64,000 nt of DNA from an uncultured Actinomycetes bacterium (GCA_963697125.1 CAVOMW010000012.1:6893-70892); one strand, 5' to 3'; positions 22,801-34,949 are shown, numbered from the stretch's first letter. Translations and numbers: made by a program. The notes: generated from the letters alone by a model not told the origin.

Positions 22801-24304
22801 GTGTCGGCACCCACTGACACGCGACGCTCGACGTCGGCCGCCGACGGGCTCGGCGGCGTCGGCCGGGGCTGGTGGCTCGGCGTCGTGGTCGATCGTCGTT
22901 CGCGGCGCTGCTCGCGCACCTCCCCGGGTACCTGCACCAGCTGTTCGACTCCGACGAGGCGCGCGATCGCGACGGCCGGGATGGTCGTCCGAGCGCGGCG
23001 GCACGCTCTACCGCGACGTCATCGACCGCAAGCCACCGATCCCGGCGTTCGTCTACGCCGGTTCCTTCCTGTCGACCGGCTCGCGCGATCTCCGTCCGCT
23101 GCACGTCGTCGCCGCGTTGTGCCTGGCCGCGCCGGCGCTCGTCCTCGCGTACGGCGCGCGGCGGTGCGGGCGGCGCGACGGCCGGATGGTGGGCGGCGGG
23201 GCTGCTCGATCGCCGGCGCGACCGCGCTGCAACCGACCGACGCGCAGGCCGCGAACTTCGCGCACCTCGCGCTCCTCCCGGGCTGCGCCGCACTCGTTGC
23301 GGCACGGATCGGCAGCCGCCGCAGCGCGATCGCTGGCGGGGGTCCTCGTCGGCGTGGCGACGCTCACCCGCCAGACCTGGATCATCGGCGTCGTGCCGGC
23401 GGCGTACGCGGCCTGGTGGTCGAGCGGTCGCCGGCCGGAACGGGTGCGCGCTCGTGCTCGCGGGACGGCGGCGACGATCGCTCGCGGTCGCGCTCGTCGT
23501 GCCGTTCGGCGCGTTCTGGCACTGGACCTTCGCCGGGAACGGATCGGTGCTCGCACTGGGCGAGTCGCAGAACGTCGGGCGAACGGGGTGGCCTCGCGCT
23601 CGAGCTGTTCGTCCTCGCGAACGTCGCGTCACTGTGGCTGCGTCCTGCGGCGCGGCCGGCACCGAGAGGACCTCGACCTCTGGTTGTGGCTCGCGACCGG
23701 ACTCGTCGCGTTCGCCGCCGGCTGGCGCTTCTTCGGCCACTACTGGTTGCAGGTGCTGCCGCCGTTGTGCCTCCTCGCCGGGCTCGGCGCCGCCGCGTGC
23801 CGACCGGCGACTCGCGGCGCATGCTCGTCGTGGTCGTCGCCGCGCCCGCGATCGCGGCCTGGGTCCTCGCGCTCTCGCCCACCCGGCCTCGATCCGACGG
23901 TCCAGGCGATGGCCACGTACGCCGCGGCACACACGCACGCCGGGCGATCGGGTGACCGTGTGGGGCAACGCACCCGAGGTCTACTGGCTGTCCGGCCGCG
24001 CGCCCGGGGGCAGCATGGTGAACACCGACTTCGTCACCGGCAAGACCGCGGGCCGGCCGAACGGCCCGCAGCGACTCGCACGACGCGACTCCGGGCGCCC
24101 GCGAGCACCTTCCTCCGATCGCTCGCCGCCCATCCCCGCGGCTGTTCTTCGACACGTCGACCGAAGGGCCTGCGCGGATACCGCAAGCTATCCCGCTGTC
24201 GCTCGTTCCACCGGTCGAGCGCTTCGTCCGTAACCGGTACACGCTCGGTGGCCACGGTGCACGGCGTGCGAGGTCTACCGGCTGCGCCGCCCGACGGTGC
24301 CTAG
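22801..24304 (+). CDS. ArnT/PMT-like (GT39/GT83-type) membrane glycosyltransferase, paralogue 1
   Basis: FDSDEA, LYRDVIDRKPP, QAANF, RFFGHYWLQVLPP, VWGNAPEVYW. Confidence 0.75.
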
Positions 24305-24320
24305 ATTCATCTCTGGTTCA
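24305..24320 (+). promoter_or_regulatory. 11-bp-period TTCA direct repeat (OmpR/PhoP-type box)
   Basis: ATTCA-tctctg-GTTCA just upstream of the MptB-like gene. Confidence 0.4.
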
Positions 24321-24334
24321 GGTTGCTTCGATGA

Positions 24335-25769
24335 ATGTGCTCGTGTGGGGCGGCAGCGGGGAGCGACACCGCCGAGTGCCGCGCCGCGCGTGCTGCTCCT
24401 CGTCGCGGCGACCGTCGGCAACCTGGTGCTCCTGCAGGCGCCGCGCCATTCGGTGGGGTCGGTCGCGATCGTGCTCACGATCGCACTGGTTGCCGGTTTG
24501 CTCGTCGTCATCGAGCACCGGAGTCCTCGCCTCGGCATCGCACCGGTTGTCGTCGCGATCGCGATCACGATCGGCGCCGCGGTCACCTCGCCGCCCCGTA
24601 CCTCCAACGACGTGTGGTCGTACACGATGTACGGCCGCATGCTGACCGAGCACCGCGTCAGTCCGTACGAGCACACCCCAGCCGACTTCCGGCGCGATCC
24701 GTTCTTCCGACGGGTGAGCCCGCGGTGGGCGCACCGCGCATCGGTCTACGGTCCGGTGTTCGTCGGTGTCGCCGCGCTCGGGGCCTGGATCGCAGGACCA
24801 TCAGCGCTCGCCGCCGCGCCTGTACTTCCAGTTGATCGCCGCGCTTGCACTCGCGGCCGTGCTGATCGTGGTGTGGCGCACGACGCGCAGCACCGCTGCC
24901 GTCGCCTTCCTAGGCCTGAACCCGGTGCTCGCGGTCATCGTGGTGAACGGTGGACACAACGACATGCTGATCGGCGGGCTCCTCCTCGGTGCCACGATCC
25001 TCGCGGTCCGGAGACATCCCGCGTGAGGCAGGCGCCCTGGTTGGCCTCGCCGTCCTCGTGAAGCTCACCGCCGGACTCGCGCTGATCGGTCTGCTGGTCT
25101 GGGCGTGGCGGCACGAACTGCGGCGCACCGCACTCGCGATCGCCGCCGCTGCCGGCGCCGTCGTGGTCGCCGGCTACCTCCCTGTCGTGGCCAGCGCGTC
25201 GCACGTGCTCACTGGCGCCGACAAAACCGTGACGAACGCGTTCCCCGTGGAACGGCGTCCTCGATCGGCTGCTCCGACACGACGCGTGGCGCGAACGTGC
25301 CCAACCCGCTCGCTGCGAACGACACGCTCATCGCCTTCTCCTATGTGGGGATGGCGACGGTGCTCGTCCTCGCGATCGGGCTGCGGGTGGCGCGCCGCGC
25401 GTCGGGCGCGGACCGACGAAGCGGTTGGCGTGTCACTCGCCGCGTATCCGATCGGCGCCGAATACGCCTACCCGTGGTACGCGGCCTGGGGCCTGCCCAT
25501 GTTCGCATCCGACAGCCTGAACGCGTTCGGCGCGGTCGTCTGGATCCAATCGGTGGTGATGCTCGCCGCCCTGAAGTTGCCGCTGGCCGTCAACGCCGGG
25601 CCGATCGACGCCGCGCTCCGACCGCTCCTGACCTACGTGGCGCCGGTGAGTCTGCTCGTGGCGTTCGTGGTGGTCGGCGTCCGGAGCACTCGTGCGACCA
25701 CCGTGTCGTCGACGGCGCGACGCGTCGCGGTCTCCCCGGAGTTCGGGCGGCGGCACGTTCAGTGGCTGA
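24335..25769 (+). CDS. Polyprenol-phosphomannose-dependent mannosyltransferase-like (MptA/MptB, GT-C)
   Basis: SNDVWSYTMYGR...SPY...DPF...W....SVYGP, LNP...NGGHND, LVKL, YPWY; ends approximate. Confidence 0.8.
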
Positions 25770-27207
25770 CCGGCGTTCTCGGTGTCGCGAGCGGCACGTT
25801 CACGACGACGCCGCCGTCGTCCCACCCGGGCGCCGTCGTCCAGCATGCGACCGTCGGCGTGGGCTGCGTACGTCGTGGAGTTCGCGCTCGGTGACGGGCA
25901 CGCGAGCTGCGCCTGGTCGAGCACGACGACCTGTTCGATCCGACGCACCGGTTCGTTCACGATCTGGTTCGGACGGGGCTTCGGCGTGCCGGCCGGCGCG
26001 GCCTGGTCGAGGTACGGCAGGCGGTGCAGCGCGGTGATCAGCGCTCGTTGATCGAGCGTCGGACCGGCTGCGAACAGTCCTCGCGTCACGATGCGCATGA
26101 GCAGGCAGACGTCGGCGGTCGAGAGGTACGACGGATCGAGCGGAGGCTGCGGCTCGGTGGTCGTGGTCGTCGGGTCCCTGCGCGGCGGCGGGCTCGTCGA
26201 CCGCCGCCCGGTTGCACATCGAGGAGAAGGTGTTCGGTTCCGAACGAGCGCGAGACGACGGGTCGGACACGGGCGAGAAGGCGTGGAGACGGAGCGAACG
26301 GAGCAGCCGTGCGGTGGCCGGCGGCTCCGCGTCGAGGGCGGCGGGGATCGAGGCGCTGGCGGCGTCGAAGCCGTACACATCGAGCGCAGGCTTTCGACCC
26401 ATCGCCGCGGTCGACGCCTCGAGCGACGGCAACGCTCCGAGATCGAGGGTCGGCTCCAACACGGTGTCTGCGTTCACGAGCGCGACGGGTCGCATGCCCT
26501 TGGTGGCCAGCGCAGCGCAGCGCGGCGTGTCGGAACTCGGCGCCGGTCGCGTCGGGTGGCGCGACGATCGCCGCCTTCCTGCCGTCGAGTCGTCCGCTCT
26601 CGACGAGGGCGAGCAGCCGTGCCGTGTCGATGCCTTCGGTCGGGGCGTCGGCCACGAACCTCCCGCCGGAACCCGTGAGGTCTGCGTTCGAGACGTCGCC
26701 GCCGGTCACCAGGATCGTCCGTTGGTCGCGGACGATGCACGACGCCGCGAGCGGAGTGGCGGTCGCGACCACCATCATCGGATGTAACGCGGAGGGCGGC
26801 GACGGCAGTCGGTGCCCGCGATCCACCAGTCTCGCTGGACGACGTGGACCTCGAACGGGCGGCCACCGATGCCGCCGCACTGCTGCACGATCCGCCCGAA
26901 CGCCTCGGCTGCCGCAGCTTCGGTCCGCCCGCCCGGGGCACCGGCTTCGGCGAGCCACACGACCACCGCCGGCTGCGACCGCAGCTGCGCAGCGGTCGCC
27001 GCGACCGCGTCGAAGTGGTTGGCGCTCGGCAAACAGAACTGGTCGGGATGGTTGAACGGCGACTCCTCTGCGCGGCGGCGGCGAATACGCGGGCGTCGGC
27101 GGAGCCGGTTGCGGCCGCACCCGGGCGGTCGTGGCGAAGCCGCACAGGGTGAGCACGAGGAGCACGAACAGCGCCGTCCGAACCGCGGCACGGATCCGGG
27201 CAATCAT
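25759..27207 (-). CDS. Secreted protein resembling a type-I periplasmic binding protein (branched-chain-amino-acid SBP-like)
   Basis: Signal-like N-terminus, QCGGIGGRPFEV motif, GLFAAGPTLDQ; heavily frameshifted. Confidence 0.45.
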
Positions 27208-27293
27208 GTGCGGGTGGGTGGGGCGACGGTCACAGGCCGCCAAAGGTACGCCCGAGAGGGCGGAGCAGGGCAGCACGCGTCCTGACGCTGATC

Positions 27294-28773
27294 GTGGCCG
27301 CCCGAGCCGCGACGTCGGTCGGACTGCTCGTGGTGCTGCTGTTCGTCCTGGCCGTCGCCCTGCGGCTCCCTGGGTTCTCCGACCGGGTCTTCAACTCCGA
27401 CGAGGCCTACCTCGCGACGCAGGCGCAGGTCCTGAACCGACGGCGGCCGCCTCTACGTCGACACGGTCGACCGCAAGCCGCCGGTGGTCCCGTACGTGTA
27501 CGCGGCCGTGTTCCGGCATCACCGGCACCGACGACCTGGCCGCCGGTCCGGGCTCATCGCAGTGCTCGCACAGGTCGCGACCGCGTTGCTCCTCGCGCTC
27601 GAGGCCCGCCGCCGGTTCACGTGGCGACACGCCGCCCTCGCCGCCGGCGTCGCCTACCTCCTCGCGGCCAGCCGCGTTCCCGCCGGCCGACGCCCAGGCG
27701 GCGAACTTCGAGATCTTCATGCTCCCGCTGATGACCGTCGCGTTCGTGCTCGCGGTACGGCGAACGACCGGTCGGGGCCGGCGTCGTCGCTCGCGCTCGC
27801 CACGCTCACCAAGCAGACCGCTGCCCTCGCGCTCGCTCCCGCTCGCGTACGTCGCGTGGCGCGACCCGTCGCGGGCGCGGTCTCGCGCTCCTGGGCGCGG
27901 CGTTCGTCGTTCCGATCGTCGTCGCCGGCGTCGCGTTCGGACCGCACGACTTCGCGCACTGGGTGTTCACGGGCAACGGCGGCTACGTCGACGTGAGCGG
28001 CGCGATCGGATACGCCTTCTCGAACGGGCTCGCACGCGACGGGCTGGTTCCTCTTCGGCAGCGCGGCGCTCGTCGTGCTCCTGCCCTGGGCGTGGCGACA
28101 CCGCCTGCCAGGATCTCGACCTGTGGCTCTGGCTCGCTCTCCGGGGTGGTGGCCGTGCTCATCGGCTTCCGCTTCTTCCCGCACTACTACCTGCAGCTCC
28201 TGCCGCCGCTCGCGCTGCTCGCGACGCGGGCGCTCGACTCGCTCGGCGACGAGCGACCGGCGGCGCGTGCTGCCCGGTCGTCGCGGTCGTCGCGGTGGTG
28301 TCGACGACCCTCTGGTTCGTCGTCCCCGCGTTCACGAACGGCGACAACCGCGACACGAAGGTCGCGCTCGACGTCGCGACGTACGTCGCGCACCACACCG
28401 CGCCCGGTGCAGCGGTGCTCGTGTGGGGCCAGGCTCCCGAGGTGTACTGGAGCTCCGGCGCGCCTCCCGGCGACACGCTTCGCGACGACCGGGTTCATCA
28501 CCGGCGTCTCGGGTGGGCGACCACCGAGCCGCGTCGGGACGCGGTACGCGGTGCCCGGGCGCCGCCGATCTCTTCTACCGAGACCTCCGCGGACTCACCG
28601 CCGGTCCTCATCGCCGACATGTCGACCGCGGACCAGCGCCACGCGCACTTCGCTCCACCGAGCCGGTTCCCACGGTTCGCAGCGTTTCCTGCGCCGCAAC
28701 GGCTGGCACCGTGTCGCCCGCGTCGACGGTGTCACGATCCTCCGCCCGTCTGGCCCGACGCCCCCGAACGTGA
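27294..28773 (+). CDS. ArnT/PMT-like membrane glycosyltransferase, paralogue 2
   Basis: FNSDEAY, LYVDTVDRKPP, QAANFE, RFFPHYYLQLLPP, VWGQAPEVYW. Confidence 0.78.
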
Positions 28774-28807
28774 CCCGATCGGAAGGCAACGCACTCGCCG
28801 CAGGGAC

Positions 28808-29278
28808 ATGGTGCTCGACGTGCGTCGGGCGGCCGCCGGTCGTTCCTGGTCGCTGCCGTTCGGCGGCTTGCTGCTTCGCGAGCTGCGCCGGAACCGAGAG
28901 CTCGCGGATCGGTGCTTGCCCGATCCAACCGGGAGCGGCGTGCTCCGGCAACTACATGCGCGGTGCGTCCCTCGCTGGAACGGGACTGTTCGACGCCGAC
29001 TTCGACCACGCAGACCTCACCAACGTGAATCTCCGCGGCGCCGATCTGAGTGGAGCCACCATGGTCGGCGCGCGGCTCAACCACGCCGATCTCGCGCGAC
29101 GCCGTGCTCAGCTACGCCGACCTCGCAGGCGCCGACCTCCGCCACGCCAACCTCACCGGCGCCGACCTCACCGGCGCCGATCTCACTCGAGCCCGGGTGA
29201 CACCCGCGCAGCTCGCGCACACGACGATCTGCCGCACGATCATGCGCCGACGGCACCATCGCCGCACCCGACTGCTGA
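28808..29278 (+). CDS. Exported pentapeptide-repeat protein
   Basis: A(D/N)Lxx repeats (ADLSG, ADLAG, ANLTG, ADLTG), flanked by CPIQPGAAC and CRTIM...C. Confidence 0.85.
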
Positions 29279-29309
29279 CGACTATGCGCGACACCACCGC
29301 GTCGAGCCG

Positions 29310-30309
29310 TCAGCGCGCGTCGACGAGCGCGAACCGGCGCGGCGTTCCTCGTAGCGTATCGAACAACCGATTGCCGATGACGAAGACCGCGGTCGCGTAC
29401 ATCCATCCGAGCAGGATGTCGATGACGAAGTGCTCACCCGTGTACACGAGCGTGAATCCCATCGCCAGCGGATAGAGCGCGAGGAGCCAGCGCCAACGTC
29501 CGACCGACTTCCAGAAGAAGAGCGCGAGCAGCATCGGGTACGCGGCGTGCAACGAGGGCACCGCCGCGATCGGGTCGGCGAAGTGGCCCGTACCCGAGAA
29601 GATCCCCGATCCGTTGCCGAGCCGCACATGGGTCCACATCTCGTCGATGATCTTGGCGGTCGGCGGCAGATAGCCGTTCTGACTCGCCATCCACGGCGGC
29701 ACCGCGGGATACAGGGCGTAGGTCGCGAGCGCGGCGAAGGTCAAGAGCACGAACAGCCAGAGCGAACCGACGAAACCGGTCGTGAGCGAACCTCCACAAC
29801 ACGCCCGCGACGACGAACGGCACGACGAAGTGGGTCATGTACACCGTGAAGGCTGCGTAGTCCCACGGGTGCGCGACGCCAGGTGTGTAGAGCCAGTGCT
29901 GCAGTGTCACTGTCGGCGCGGTTCCTCCGAACAGCCACTCGTCGATCTGGATCTGCGGCAGGACGTGCGGCAGGAGCAGGTCGCCGGCTGAGCCGCGCAG
30001 CGCGTCGTAGAGCGTGAGGAGCGCGTAGAACGGGAGCCAGTCGATGAGCACGCGCTTCCACCGCGTGCCCGACGCCGAGGCGGAGCCGGACGCGATCAGG
30101 CCGAGTCCGACGACCACGAAGATCTGCGCACGCGATCCAGGAAAGCCGACGAAGACGATGAACAGCGCGAGCGCGAGCGCCCACGCGATCACCCAACGAA
30201 AGCGCCACACCAGGCGGCGCGGAATGCCGACGGCATCATCGGCGGCGCGCGTCGGAACGTCGATCCCGCCCTCTGGGGTGGTGACGTGGGCTTCGGGCAG
30301 CAGCTGCAT
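29310..30309 (-). CDS. PAP2-family (PAP2_3 / AUR1-like) membrane phosphatase/phosphotransferase
   Basis: YPAVPPW, AAVPSLHAAY, VYTGEHFVID. Confidence 0.88.
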
Positions 30310-30320
30310 CCCGTGCGAAC

Positions 30321-31320
30321 CTACGCCGATCCGGCCTGGGGCTGCGGGCCTTCAGGGCCATGGTTGCCGGCCGTGCCGGCGGCGCGTGCCGCGCGCCGTG
30401 CCGCCCATCGGTCGTAGAGCCGATTGCCCACCACGAAGACCACGACGGCGTAGACCCAGCCGAGGAGCACGTCTGACACATAGTGCTCGCCGAGGTACAC
30501 GAGCGACACAGCCATGGCGATGGGATACAGCACCAGCAACCACCGCCAACGCACGGTGCGACGACCAGAAGAACAACGCGATGAGCAGAGCGGTTGCAGC
30601 GTGGAGCGACGGCACCGCGGCGACCTTGTTCACGTATTGCTGCGAGCCCATGACCCGCGAGAGGTCGACGCCGAGCGATGCGCGTGCAGCTTGGGCGTGA
30701 TGCGGACGACGTGCGGGAGGAAACCTTCGCGGCTCGCCAGCCACGGAGGCGACGCCGGGTAGACGGCGTACGTGATCAACGCTGCAAACGAGAGCCCGAT
30801 CCACAAGCAGACGTAGCGGCCGGAAGCGCTCGCGGGCCCGGTACCAGAGGACTGGCGGCGACCGTGATCGGCACGACGAAGTACGTGAGGTACACCGCGA
30901 TCGCGACGTAGTCCCACACGTGCGGGTGTCCTGACGTCCAGAGCGCGCGCTGGAGGGTGATCGTCGGGGCGGTACCTCCGAACAGCCACTCGTCGACGCG
31001 CAGCTGCGGCAGCACATACACGTGCGAGGAAAGCTGGTCCGCGCCGCCGCGCAGGAGGTCGTACAGTGTAGAGGAACACGATGACCGGGAGGAAGTCGAG
31101 GACGAGGCGCGACAGCCCGTTCGGTCGGCCTGCCGTCGCGATCGACGAGTGCGGCGATCACCCAGATGAGCACCCGGTCACACGACGCCGGGAAACCCCA
31201 CAGGAGGGTCGTAGCGACGAACGCGAGCACGTAGATCGCGATCCACAACAGGCGCACGCGGCGGCGACGTGTCTCCGAGCTCTCGTCGCGCTCGCCGGCT
31301 ACGCGATCTTCAACCGGCAT
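30321..31320 (-). CDS. PAP2-family (PAP2_3) protein, tandem paralogue
   Basis: YPASPPW, AAVPSLHAA, VYLGEHYVSD. Confidence 0.88.
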
Positions 31321-31384
31321 CGCACCAGTGGTACCACTTCGTTCCTCCGGGCGGGCGTTCCAGCCTGGTTATCCCGACGAGCGC

Positions 31385-31571
31385 GTTCAAGTGGCATTCA
31401 GGTTGGGTCGCTCAACGCGCTCGGAGCGCAAGCCCCCGCTTCAGTCTGGGTTCAGGCGCCGGCGCGAGCATGCACGGTGTTCACGGTCTCGGTCCGCCCG
31501 ATCCACGCGGTCAGCCGAGCTGCCTCGGACGCTCGGGGTCGAGCCCTCTCCAGCCGTTCATTGCGCGTTCA
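31385..31571. promoter_or_regulatory. Three pairs of 11-bp-period TTCA direct repeats
   Basis: GTTCA/ATTCA at 31385/31396, CTTCA/GTTCA at 31439/31450, GTTCA/GTTCA at 31556/31567. Confidence 0.5.
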
Positions 31572-31637
31572 GCCGGAAAGTCCGACAGTAGGGGGACCTC
31601 CCAGCCGCCCGAATCGTTCGCAGAAGGAGAGCCCGTC

Positions 31638-31796
31638 GTGCTCGCTGCGGTCCATGCGACCCGCCACTTCACGCCGTACCACGGTGTCTTTCAGTCCTGG
31701 TGGGTGTGGGCACTGGTACTCACCACGTTGCTCATCGCTGCTGTCGTCCTCCTGACGTGGGAATCATCCGCGCCGCCGCCGATGAACCGCCCGTAG
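31638..31796 (+). CDS. Small single-TM protein (52 aa)
   Basis: AAGGAG RBS, GTG start, hydrophobic WWVWALVLTTLLIAAVVLL. Confidence 0.55.
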   Translation: MLAAVHATRHFTPYHGVFQSWWVWALVLTTLLIAAVVLLTWESSAPPPMNRP

Positions 31797-31805
31797 CCAG
31801 GGCCG

Positions 31806-32114
31806 TCAGGCGTGGCGGGCGTCATCGAGGAGCACGAGCACCTCGTCGTCCTGGCGGGTCGACTCGGGCCCGAACGTGAGCACGAGCGTGCCCTTGATGC
31901 CACAGGTCGGACACGCCACCGCGCAGACCGCGAGCATCTCCGACGGATCGGAGTCGCCCTCGAGCCGTTCGAGGTGGTGCAGCACGAGTGTGTTGGCGGG
32001 GTGCGGGGCGTGGCACTGGCCGCACTCGACGATCCCACCCGGCAAGGTGCGGAAGTCGTAGGTGAAGCCCTCGTCGCGGAACGTGGCGAGGATCCCGAGC
32101 AGCGAACGTTCCAT
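31806..32114 (-). CDS. Small putative zinc-binding protein
   Basis: CGQC...RLEGDSDP...CPTCGIKGTLVL.FGP. Confidence 0.7.
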   Translation of the reverse strand: MERSLLGILATFRDEGFTYDFRTLPGGIVECGQCHAPHPANTLVLHHLERLEGDSDPSEMLAVCAVACPTCGIKGTLVLTFGPESTRQDDEVLVLLDDARHA

Positions 32115-32118
32115 GCCG

Positions 32119-33160
32119 TCAGGTTACGGGTGCGTCGACCGGTGCCGGCTCGGGATCGGGAGGTTCCGCGTCCGGCCCGGTCTCGGGCCCCGCCTCGGGC
32201 TGGGGCTCGACCTCGGGCCGCTCGTGCCCGCCGTACCAGGCGGCCATGCTCACCGCCCCGATGCCGTAGATGCACACCACGAACCAGACGATCAGGCCGA
32301 CCCCGGGGATGAGGGCGATCAGGCGCAGGATCCCGAAGCCGGCGAAGAACGCGCCGACGCGCGCCCGGTTCGAGGTGCCCTTCACGAACCAGCGTCCGAA
32401 GATGAGCGACGCGGCGACGTAACCGAGCGGCGCGAGCACGTTGAGGCCCGAGAGCATGGTGAAGCCGAGCGGCAGGCCGAGCACCGTCGCCAGCACCAGT
32501 ACCCCGATCAAGGGCCCCGCGACCCCGATCAGCAGCCCCCACCCGAACGACACGCCGCACGCGCTTCCCGCGCGGCGGCGGCGGTGTCGGCGGCGCGTGG
32601 GAGCAGGCCGACGAACGCGAGACCGAGGATGGCGATCGAGATCGTCACCGCGAGCCAGAGGTAGGCGAGGAACCCGATGATGACGCCGGTGAAGATGCCG
32701 CGCAGGTCGACGCCGCGCACTTCACCCTCGACGGTGCCGGGCGCGATGTGCGGGTCGCGCCGCGACACGACATCGCCGTCGACGCTGCCGGTGCGCGTGA
32801 CCGTGACCCGTCCCAGGAGCGCGACCACGTCGCCGCGCACGTGTCCGGAGATCACCGCGTTGCCGTGCACGACGACGACGCTGCGGGTGACGCGACCGCT
32901 GACGATCAGGTCGCCGTCGCCGACGACGACGTAGTCGGTGACCGTCCCTCGCACGAACACCGAGCCGTCGACCGCGGCCACCGGTCCGGTGACGACTTCA
33001 CCGCGAGCGACCTCGACGTCGCCACTGACGCTGATGCGGCGATCGCTCGACGTGATACCGCCCTGTTGCGCGAACGCGGGCTCGCGGCACCGACGACCCA
33101 CGCCATGGCAACCCAGGCGACCGCGAGCGCGCACGTGAGGACGACGCGAAGGCGGCGCAT
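32119..33160 (-). CDS. Bactofilin-like (polymer-forming) beta-helix protein with C-terminal membrane domain
   Basis: Signal peptide, V.G.V.GDV repeats, TM helices ending IPGVG.IVW...YGIGA. Confidence 0.7.
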
Positions 33161-33215
33161 GCGCGCGCACTCTGGCACGCATGCGCCGCTCCCGCAACGA
33201 CTGAGATCAGGGCGT

Positions 33216-34695
33216 CTAACTCGGCGTGCTGGATCCGAGCTGGATGGTGGCGGAGTGGGACTGGCCCGACGAGTCGGTCCACGTCGACCTTCACCGAGTC
33301 ACCCGGCTGGTACGGCACCATCAGGTGGGTCAGCTGCGTCGCCGAGGTCACGGCAGTGCCGTCGACGCTCGTGACGGTGGAGCCGGACGTGATGCCGGCG
33401 TCGTCGGCGCCCGAGCCGGACTGCACGTCCTGCACGTAGGCGCCGTTGCCGCTCGAGCTGCCCTGGCTGGCCGGACCACCGAAGTCGCCGTTGCCGCCGG
33501 TGGGGTCGCCGTAGCCGTTGGCCGAGCCGTCGTCGCTGACCGAGACACCCATGATCGCGGCGTGGGCACCGACGTGGATGGTGTCGCCGCCGTCACCGGA
33601 CTGGATCTTCTTGGCGATGGCGAGCGCGTCCTCGATCGGGATCGCGTAGCCCTCGTTGGCCGACTGGCCGCCGAAGCCGAACCCGCCGTTGCCGCTCGAT
33701 GCCGCCGCGTTCATGCCGACCACCTTGCCGTCGGCGTCGACGAGCGGACCGCCGGAGTCGCCGGGCTGGATGTTGGCGTCGATCTGCACGAGGCCGTGGA
33801 GCGTCTCGGCGTTGCTGCCGTCCTGGTCGGACGCGGTGATCTGCTGATCGGTGTCGGTGACGCTGCCGCTCACGACGGTCGGGTCGCCGCCCTTGCCACC
33901 GGCGTTGCCGAGGGCCACGATCGCGTCGCCGACCTGCACCGACGACGAGTCGCCGAGTGACACGGCGGGGAGATCGGACACGCCCTCGATCTGCACGAGC
34001 GCGACGTCGTGCTCGATGTCGTAGCCGAGCACCTTCACCGGGTGGTACTCGCCGTTGCCGTTGAGCTCGGCCTGCAGCTGGTTGGACCCGTCGATCACGT
34101 GGTTGTTGGTGAGCGCGAGACCCGACGACGAGATGATGATCCCGGTGCCGGCGGCTTCACCACCGCTGACCGCGCTCACGAGGTTCACGACCGACGGGCT
34201 GACCTTCGCCGCGATCGACTGCACGTCGATGTTGGCCTGCTGACCGTTGCTCGAGCTGCTCGACGAGCCGTTCGAGTTGCCGGTGCTCGGGTCGTACTGG
34301 GGGATCTGCTGGGTCGGGAAGTTGCTCGACGCGCTGGTCGAGTTGCTGCCGTGGTTGGAGCCGATCGAGTAGCCGAACACCGCGGCGAGCGTGAGGAAGC
34401 ACGCGACCGCGAGCGCGCCCAGGGTGCGACGGCGCGATTCGCGTTCGTGGCGCACGACCGCCCGCGGCGGGACCCCGGGGGGAGGGGTCGCCGCCATCGG
34501 AACGGTCGAGGGGCCCGCCGGGGGGATCGGCGGAGGAGGGGGCGCCGCGGCGGGAGGCGGAGGCGGGGGCAGAGCCGCCTCGGGCGCAATGGGCGGGTAC
34601 ATCGGCTGGTACGGAGGCGAGGCCTCCGGACGAGGCGGAGGCGAGGCCTCCGGACGAGGCGGAGGGGAAGGCTGCGTGTCGTCGGGGTTCGACAT
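33216..34695 (-). CDS. HtrA/DegP-type trypsin-like serine protease with PDZ domain
   Basis: LTNNHV, DVALV, IDANIQPGDSGGPL triad motifs; Pro-rich N-terminus, TM helix, PDZ domain. Confidence 0.92.
34613..34665. repeat. 24-nt tandem repeat in the HtrA N-terminus (PPPRPEAS x2)
   Basis: ggaggcgaggcctccggacgaggc twice plus a partial copy. Confidence 0.85.
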
Positions 34696-34763
34696 CTTGC
34701 GTGCTCCAGGGAGATGGGACGGGCGGGGGGAGAGCCCGTGGTCATGACTGTGCCGAACCGATC

Positions 34764-34869
34764 CTGAGAGGAACCTGTTCCCCGGAGGACCGCTCGGTCT
34801 GGAGTGACAACGCCTGGGTGCAGGCCGGCGTGCCCATCGGAGAGGGTCGGGCTCTCAGGCGGAGCACAG
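34764..34869. promoter_or_regulatory. MprA-box-like hexamer repeats upstream of htrA
   Basis: Minus strand GAACAG-N5-TCTCAG (34764-34780); plus strand TCTCAG-N5-GCACAG (34853-34869). Confidence 0.45.
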
Positions 34870-34949
34870 GGCAACCGTTTCGGAGCTGACCGGCCCGGGG
34901 CACGCTTCTCACCTGGGTGCGGGAAGCCGACGACACGACGGGAAATGGC

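Noticed and set aside
29000-29190. 15-nt periodic repeats
   Set aside because: Explained by the pentapeptide-repeat coding sequence.
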